64,000 nt of DNA from Gammaproteobacteria bacterium (GTDB lineage Bacteria > Pseudomonadota > Gammaproteobacteria > UBA1113), in NCBI GenBank assembly GCA_021156165.1, contig JAJNBM010000003.1:1817-65816 (forward strand). Reading direction: 5' to 3'. Under the pieces are notes generated by a model. That model did no database searches. It worked only from the letters and a program-made list of their open reading frames with translations, and was not told the origin of the DNA. Of this stretch, positions 58,750 to 64,000 are shown one piece after another. Both the position numbers and the translations under genes were made by a program. The stretch's first letter is position 1; each line of letters opens with the position of its first letter.

Positions 58750-59045
58750 AATTTGATCGATCGTTAATATTGCTCATTGCCTCAATCACGGCAAAAATAT
58801 TTTATCTGCCATAAAAAATCCTATCAATCAAGTGCATAAGTCCTTTTTTTGGGCTTTTTACACTCAAAAATATAAAAAATTCAGATTTTTTACTGGAAAA
58901 ACCCAAAATATGTACTATACTCCTGGAACCTTTGAAATAAGAGCTGTCGGAACTCTCTAACAAAGGTCGGGATTTATTAAGTCACTTAATAGCCATAAGC
59001 CTTAATAAGCGGTGTAACCATCATAGATAAATAAGGAAGTGAATC

Positions 59046-59285
59046 ATGACTGCATATTTTGCCTCGAACCAAGACCCATTTAGTAAACTGATTAAACCTA
59101 AAAACCCTATTCAAGGCACGTTTAATTTAAGCGAACCTTCGTCTCATTCCCAGAATGACGAACACTTACTTTCCCGTGCCGTGCTGGTATTCAGCTGTTA
59201 TACCTTCATTCCTGAAATGAAAGGCAGAGTCGCAGGTAATAACGATGACGATAGCGCCGATGATGAAGAATCATCGCAGTCATAA
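59046..59285 (+). CDS. small acidic hypothetical protein
   Basis: 79 aa with a good SD (AAGGAAG), followed by a strong intrinsic terminator. Confidence 0.4.
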   Translation: MTAYFASNQDPFSKLIKPKNPIQGTFNLSEPSSHSQNDEHLLSRAVLVFSCYTFIPEMKGRVAGNNDDDSADDEESSQS

Positions 59286-59322
59286 AATTTAGCAATTTTT
59301 CCTTCGTCTGTAACCACATAAA

Positions 59323-59349
59323 AAGCCCGCTTAACGCGGGCTTTTTTTA
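59323..59349 (+). terminator. rho-independent terminator
   Basis: agcccgc-ttaac-gcgggct followed by TTTTTTT. Confidence 0.75.
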
Positions 59350-59352
59350 TAC

Positions 59353-59465
59353 TCTTCGCATTGGATTCTTAGGTTTTGTTGCCTTCGCCATCTCACACCA
59401 GCCATGTATATTTAATTCGTGGTGCGCTAGAAGCTCGGAACCTCGCCTAAAAAGCAATAATAGTG
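59353..59465. mobile_element. MITE-like element, copy R5, with degenerate 3' end
   Basis: ctcttcgcattggattcttagg ... ctaaaaagcaataatagtg. Abuts tRNA-Arg. Confidence 0.5.
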
Positions 59466-59470
59466 CATTT

Positions 59471-59546
59471 GGTGCGCCCGGAGAGATTCGAACTCCCGAC
59501 ACCCTGGTTCGAAGCCAGGTACTCTATCCAACTGAGCTACGGGCGC
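59471..59546 (-). tRNA. tRNA-Arg (anticodon UCG)
   Basis: Cloverleaf close to E. coli tRNA-Arg. Anticodon loop CTTCGAA; encoded CCA. Confidence 0.9.
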
Positions 59547-59590
59547 ATGAGTGGTATCCTAACGAAAATAGGGGCTAATATCAAGTGGTG

Positions 59591-62500
59591 TTACCCCAAT
59601 TTAACAGGGCTCCTCCTCATCTCTGAAATCGCCTCAGTTGTACGGGATGTTCTATTATCATTTGCATACTGAAGCACTGTTTCTGCATCTGCATTTTCTG
59701 GCCATTTCGCACTCAAAGGATTTGAGAAAAATGAAAGTCGTTTATTATAAGAAGGTAAAAAATCCCTCATCCATTGTGTTTTGATCTCTTTCATTTGTTT
59801 CCATTTTAATAACTCACCCACAGCAACAATATCAGAATAATTATAAATCAATTTAGCCAATTGGCCCGTTTCTATCATACGGGCCACAATAAGCTCAAAA
59901 ATATTTTTGTTTTCATTCAAGATCCTTGCAAGATTGATAAAATCATCGACACTGGAAATCCATAGTAAGTTACTATCATTTATACCCAGCAGGCCTGAAA
60001 AAAATTCAGTTTGCTGAGTGGGGGTAAGCCAAGCGGCTAATGCTGTGAGTGCGTAGCCACAAGGGTTTCCTAGAATAGAAACTTTTATCTCTTCAAATAT
60101 TTCAGTACGTTGTTGAACGCGTAGATGCTCCATGATATGATTGAAAACCATTTTATTCAATGGCTCAGAATTAATCATATTTATTAGTGCCGACTTCATA
60201 ACATTAAAAATGATAGATTGCTGTTCAGGATAAAAATACGGGCAGTTATTCGCCTCACCACCCATCCATTTTGAAAATACCTCAGGACACTTAATAATCT
60301 CCGGTAATACGTGGGTAATGGCATAAAGGCCATAAGTTACAGTTTTCTCATCTTGCGCTGAAAAATAAGTGGGAGAGTTAATGATCTCTCTAAGTCTACT
60401 ATTTATTATAGCTTCTTTTTGGTATCGTCCATTTTCGTCTAAAAAAGAGAGGGCTATGGGAATAAGGTAAACAGTAGCGGGATCCCTTAAATATGGCAGC
60501 AATTTTTCATCCATATTATCGTTATGCACTGCTTCTAAAATATATTTAAAAGGTAGCAGTTCCATAAGGCATGCTTGAGTTTCCCTAACAAATATCTTTT
60601 GCTCCTCTTTCTCACATGCTAAAAACAAATCCATATAGCAGTCAAAGTAATCCTCCAACTCCTCCTCAAATAAGGTATTGAGACGTCCCTGTTGAGCCAA
60701 AATCAAAATAAATGGTATGAGAAATTTTTGAGGCATCCCCATCTTAAGGCCTTCTAAATCCTCCAATGACTCTATCAGCCCAGTTTGGGTTTCCAGAAAT
60801 TTTACAACGGATTCCTCGGACACTACTCCTTCAAGAATTCTTAATATTTCATATAACTCCCCCACGTGCTGTATTTTGCAGGATAGATCCTTCAAATGGG
60901 TTTCAATGATTTTTGCTTTTTGAGCCCGATCCAAGCCACTGATGAGAGAAATAAATTGAGAAGCTGAAGCGAGTCTGCTCATATCTATGATTTGGGTGAT
61001 TAGGAAATATCGTTTATCTGCGCTTAGCGGATCCATTAATGTAGAAAAAAAAATTTCTGGGTCCTGTGCTTCGTAAGGAGGAAACTTATAAAAAATCTCT
61101 TTGAAATAGCCACTCATCGCTGCACAGGCTATTTCAAATCGCTCATTATTGAGGGAATTTAAAGTAACGCCCATATTTTTTGGGTTTCTCCCCATGGCTG
61201 TAACAAACAAGTTTTCGGTAAGTTGAGAATTGAGATGCCCCTGTTGAGCCAAAATAAAAATAAATGGTATTAGAAATTTTTGAGGCATCCGTACCTTAAG
61301 GTTTTCTAAATTCGCAGGTGACTCTATCAGCCCAGGCAAATGGTCACTTTGGGCTTCCAGAAATTTTACAAATGACTCCTCTGACACCCCTTCTGGAATA
61401 ATTCTTAATATTTCATATAATTCCCTCGCGTGCTGTATTTTGGAGGATAGATCCTTCAAATGGGTTTCAATGATGTTTGCTCTTTGAACCAAATCCAAGC
61501 CACTGATGAGAGAAATAAATTGAGAAATTGAAGCAAGCCTATCCATGTCTAGGATTTTTTCAATTAAAAAATAGCGCTTGTCTGCACTGAGCGCACCCTT
61601 TAATGCAGAAAAAAATATGTGTGGGTTAAGATGGCTTGGGTCATAGGGAGGAACTTTATAAAAAATTTTTTTGAAATAATCACTCATCGCTACACAGGCT
61701 ATTTCAAATCGCTCATTATTTAAATAATTTAAAAGCATGCCCATTTTTTGGGGTTCTCTTTGCATGGTTGTGTCAAACAGTTCTTCGATAAATTGCGATA
61801 AGACAGCCCCTAGCATATCTGGTTTGCTTAAGAAAGCGAACGTGGCCAAGTCGGCATAAGCATTGATTGGATCCTTATTGAAAGCAATTACGATTTCGCT
61901 GCGGTAGATTTCATTTAGGCAGAGTACGTTGAAATCATCCACACTTAATAAGGTTAGGTCTTCAATATGAGCAATGCTAAACTTAACGCCTAAAGCATGG
62001 AGAAACTCAATACTTGGGATCTTAAGACTATCCACTCCCTTATAAGCAACAGAATTTTCTGTTTTTTCAACCAATATTTTCTGTGCTTCAGCTACTGCCT
62101 CCGTTGCATCTTTAATGAGTTCAATTTTGCTCTCTGCACTTAGGGTGATATTGGCTAAAGTTGCTTCATGCCCTCTCATTGCATCCGATAATACTTTTTG
62201 TCTGGTATCAATACAGGTCGTAACCGTAGGCTGTGGAACAATATTTCCCTCTGCAACCACTTGATTGTAGCGAGCTTCAGTTTTGTCCGTTATATTCAAT
62301 AAGAGATCAATTTGTGCCCGTACCAAGGGGGGAATATCATTTTTTTGTTCCGGAGTTAACTTGTCATAAAACTGCTGGAAATTAAGAATAAGGATATAAA
62401 CACCTTCACTTGCAGCACCTTCACTGCCTAGCCCCTGTTTACTGTGAAACCGCAGGCCTATTATAAGGGTATTAAGATGGCTCAGTAAATTGCTGCTATC

Positions 62501-63193
62501 GTTTGTGAGGGTGTCAAAGTGGCGTTTGGCTTCTATAACTGATCTGGTTTCAAAAGAATGTTGAAATAAACGGTGTTTTTCTTCTGCGTCCAAATAAGCC
62601 AAACCACCATCGCGAATGGCTGGATCATCGCTTTCATAATTATAATAGTGGTTACAAATATTTGTTTCCACAGCGGAAGGGGTTATTTGTATCAAAAATT
62701 TGACGGGTAACAAATACTTGCCATTACGATTGATAATATGCGTTTTTATTACCTGTTGAAGCGGTATGCTGTCTAAATCGGGATAAACTGAGCTATCCAC
62801 AGTCACCTGGGTTTGTATCCCTGGCATCAGTATATGGATGGGACTGGGACTAGTTTCAATGGGCACCCCTTCAGCAGGCTTTTTATTTTTTAAATTTTGA
62901 GCTATTTCGGTAGCAATATCACACAGCAGTTCGGTAACGGGGTCATCAGGCAATGCGGTATAGCCCACAGGGGAAAGACCATATTTTTTCCAATTTTCTG
63001 CTAAAAATATTTGTAAATCGGCTAATAGCTTTTCCTCATCATTACCCTTTTTTTCTATTATCTCCAGGAGAGCAGCCAATACTTCCTTACGATATGCAAG
63101 GATAATTTGTCCCCTTAAAGGGATAGGAGAAACGTCCTCAAGCCCTTTAAGTTGTTCAATTTTAAGCTTTAATTGATCTTGAATCGCTGCCAT
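59591..63193 (-). CDS. large (1200 aa) hypothetical protein with two tandem repeats of roughly 190 aa
   Basis: Uninterrupted 3.6-kb ORF. The repeated block NNERFEIAC...MPQKFLIPFI.ILAQQG occurs twice. Confidence 0.6.
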   Translation of the reverse strand: MAAIQDQLKLKIEQLKGLEDVSPIPLRGQIILAYRKEVLAALLEIIEKKGNDEEKLLADLQIFLAENWKKYGLSPVGYTALPDDPVTELLCDIATEIAQNLKNKKPAEGVPIETSPSPIHILMPGIQTQVTVDSSVYPDLDSIPLQQVIKTHIINRNGKYLLPVKFLIQITPSAVETNICNHYYNYESDDPAIRDGGLAYLDAEEKHRLFQHSFETRSVIEAKRHFDTLTNDSSNLLSHLNTLIIGLRFHSKQGLGSEGAASEGVYILILNFQQFYDKLTPEQKNDIPPLVRAQIDLLLNITDKTEARYNQVVAEGNIVPQPTVTTCIDTRQKVLSDAMRGHEATLANITLSAESKIELIKDATEAVAEAQKILVEKTENSVAYKGVDSLKIPSIEFLHALGVKFSIAHIEDLTLLSVDDFNVLCLNEIYRSEIVIAFNKDPINAYADLATFAFLSKPDMLGAVLSQFIEELFDTTMQREPQKMGMLLNYLNNERFEIACVAMSDYFKKIFYKVPPYDPSHLNPHIFFSALKGALSADKRYFLIEKILDMDRLASISQFISLISGLDLVQRANIIETHLKDLSSKIQHARELYEILRIIPEGVSEESFVKFLEAQSDHLPGLIESPANLENLKVRMPQKFLIPFIFILAQQGHLNSQLTENLFVTAMGRNPKNMGVTLNSLNNERFEIACAAMSGYFKEIFYKFPPYEAQDPEIFFSTLMDPLSADKRYFLITQIIDMSRLASASQFISLISGLDRAQKAKIIETHLKDLSCKIQHVGELYEILRILEGVVSEESVVKFLETQTGLIESLEDLEGLKMGMPQKFLIPFILILAQQGRLNTLFEEELEDYFDCYMDLFLACEKEEQKIFVRETQACLMELLPFKYILEAVHNDNMDEKLLPYLRDPATVYLIPIALSFLDENGRYQKEAIINSRLREIINSPTYFSAQDEKTVTYGLYAITHVLPEIIKCPEVFSKWMGGEANNCPYFYPEQQSIIFNVMKSALINMINSEPLNKMVFNHIMEHLRVQQRTEIFEEIKVSILGNPCGYALTALAAWLTPTQQTEFFSGLLGINDSNLLWISSVDDFINLARILNENKNIFELIVARMIETGQLAKLIYNYSDIVAVGELLKWKQMKEIKTQWMRDFLPSYNKRLSFFSNPLSAKWPENADAETVLQYANDNRTSRTTEAISEMRRSPVKLG
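60660..61770. repeat. tandem duplication of roughly 540-570 bp inside the 1200-aa gene
   Basis: ccctgttgagccaaaat(c/a)aaaataaatggtat at 60687 and 61228. gct(a/g)cacaggctatttcaaatcgctcattatt at 61121 and 61691. Confidence 0.5.
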
Positions 63194-63352
63194 GAGTTTA
63201 CCTTCCTACTATTGTAAATATTTTGGACAAGATTATATCTTATGCTCATAATTAAGTCAATTATAAGGGCGGTCTGGTAAGGGTAGGCTTTTGACTTAAA
63301 GTCTCCTATTTTGCTATGATAATGCACAATATGGACTATAGGAAGCTACGAT

Positions 63353-64000
63353 ATGCCTTATCTACATGCCGATTGGCCGCTGCAAGGCAAAGTGCATGCT
63401 TTTACTACCTTGCGGCCCAATGGGTACAGCCTAGGCGTTTATGCGGGTTTAAACTTAGGCTATCATGTGGAGGATGATGCCCATCTCGTCGCAAAAAATG
63501 TCGCGCGACTGGTTACAGAAATGAAACTTCCCTATACGCTACAATGGGTGCAGCAAGTGCATGGCAGAACGGTTGTGGCAGCCGCCGACGTCCACCCTCA
63601 AGTCCAAGCCGATGGTGTCTATAGTCATTCTAAGGGGCAGATTTGCGCCGTGTTAACGGCGGATTGTTTACCCATTCTCATTTGTCATACGCACTGTCGG
63701 GGCATAGCGGCCTTACATGGGGGCTGGCGCAGCTTACAACAAGGCATTATTGAGGCGGGGATAAAGCAACTTGATTTACCGAGCAGTGAATTGGTGGCAT
63801 GGCTAGGGCCCGCCATAGCTCAAAAAGCCTATGTTGTGGGAGCTGATTTTCGCGACTTATTTTTAGATACTGACCCCAGCTTAGAGCCTGCATTTCATTT
63901 GGATACAGAAAAGCAATGGCATGCCGATCTCTATACTATCGCCCGATTGCAATTGCAGCGTTTAGGCGTAACGCAGATTTATGGCGGCCAGTATTGCACC
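63353..64000 (+). CDS. yfiH: YfiH/PgeF (DUF152, laccase-domain) protein, 3'-partial at window edge
   Basis: ATG at 63353. ADCLPIL and HGGWRS motifs. The ORF runs off the end of the window. Confidence 0.8.
   Translation, partial: MPYLHADWPLQGKVHAFTTLRPNGYSLGVYAGLNLGYHVEDDAHLVAKNVARLVTEMKLPYTLQWVQQVHGRTVVAAADVHPQVQADGVYSHSKGQICAVLTADCLPILICHTHCRGIAALHGGWRSLQQGIIEAGIKQLDLPSSELVAWLGPAIAQKAYVVGADFRDLFLDTDPSLEPAFHLDTEKQWHADLYTIARLQLQRLGVTQIYGGQYCT

Noticed and set aside
59463-59672. 69-aa ORF on the plus strand
   Set aside because: Overlaps tRNA-Arg (minus strand) and the 3' end of the 1200-aa gene. It is the tRNA read in the wrong sense.

Overview
This 64-kb window is AT-rich chromosomal DNA (roughly 40% GC by eye). 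Its gene content and order fit a Legionellales-type gammaproteobacterium (Coxiella- or Rickettsiella-like); the taxon is an inference from gene content only.

Housekeeping content: a tRNA-Ala/tRNA-Glu/tRNA-Glu cluster behind a consensus sigma70 promoter; a yghA-like SDR, pncC, nth, a standalone rnfB-like ferredoxin and metG; an acyl-CoA transferase; the ribD-ribE-ribBA-ribH operon with its FMN riboswitch; a LOG-family protein, mgtA, hda, an AI-2E permease, pgsA and a PAS/hybrid sensor kinase; rpoS, an amidase, dinB, SRP RNA, dnaX-ybaB-recR and fis; miaB-ybeZ-ybeY-corC; nuoEDCBA, tRNA-Leu and secG-tpiA-def; tRNA-Arg; and yfiH (partial, running off the window).

Accessory genes sit between these. 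They include an O-methyltransferase/cupin/M20 amidohydrolase/alpha-beta hydrolase cluster, a SemiSWEET plus cyclodipeptide-synthase-like pair, a lipoprotein, a two-gene module of unknown proteins sharing a motif, and a P-loop ATPase flanked by inverted repeats. There is also a 449-aa coiled-coil protein and a 1200-aa protein with internal tandem repeats, both effector-like.

The DNA carries two small repeat families: about five copies of a roughly 115-bp palindromic MITE with terminal inverted repeats, and at least seven REP-like GC hairpins ending in a conserved CCCTACGA (GTAG head on the other strand). One MITE sits inside the P4 stem of the FMN riboswitch and another abuts the rpoS start.

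Other notable points: dnaX is split by an A10 slippery run, so tau requires a -1 shift; rpoS has an in-frame Lys-rich histone-H1-like N-terminal extension behind a strong SD; the two tandem tRNA-Glu genes differ in anticodon (UUC vs CUC). No CRISPR array, rRNA or recognisable IS transposase gene was seen.
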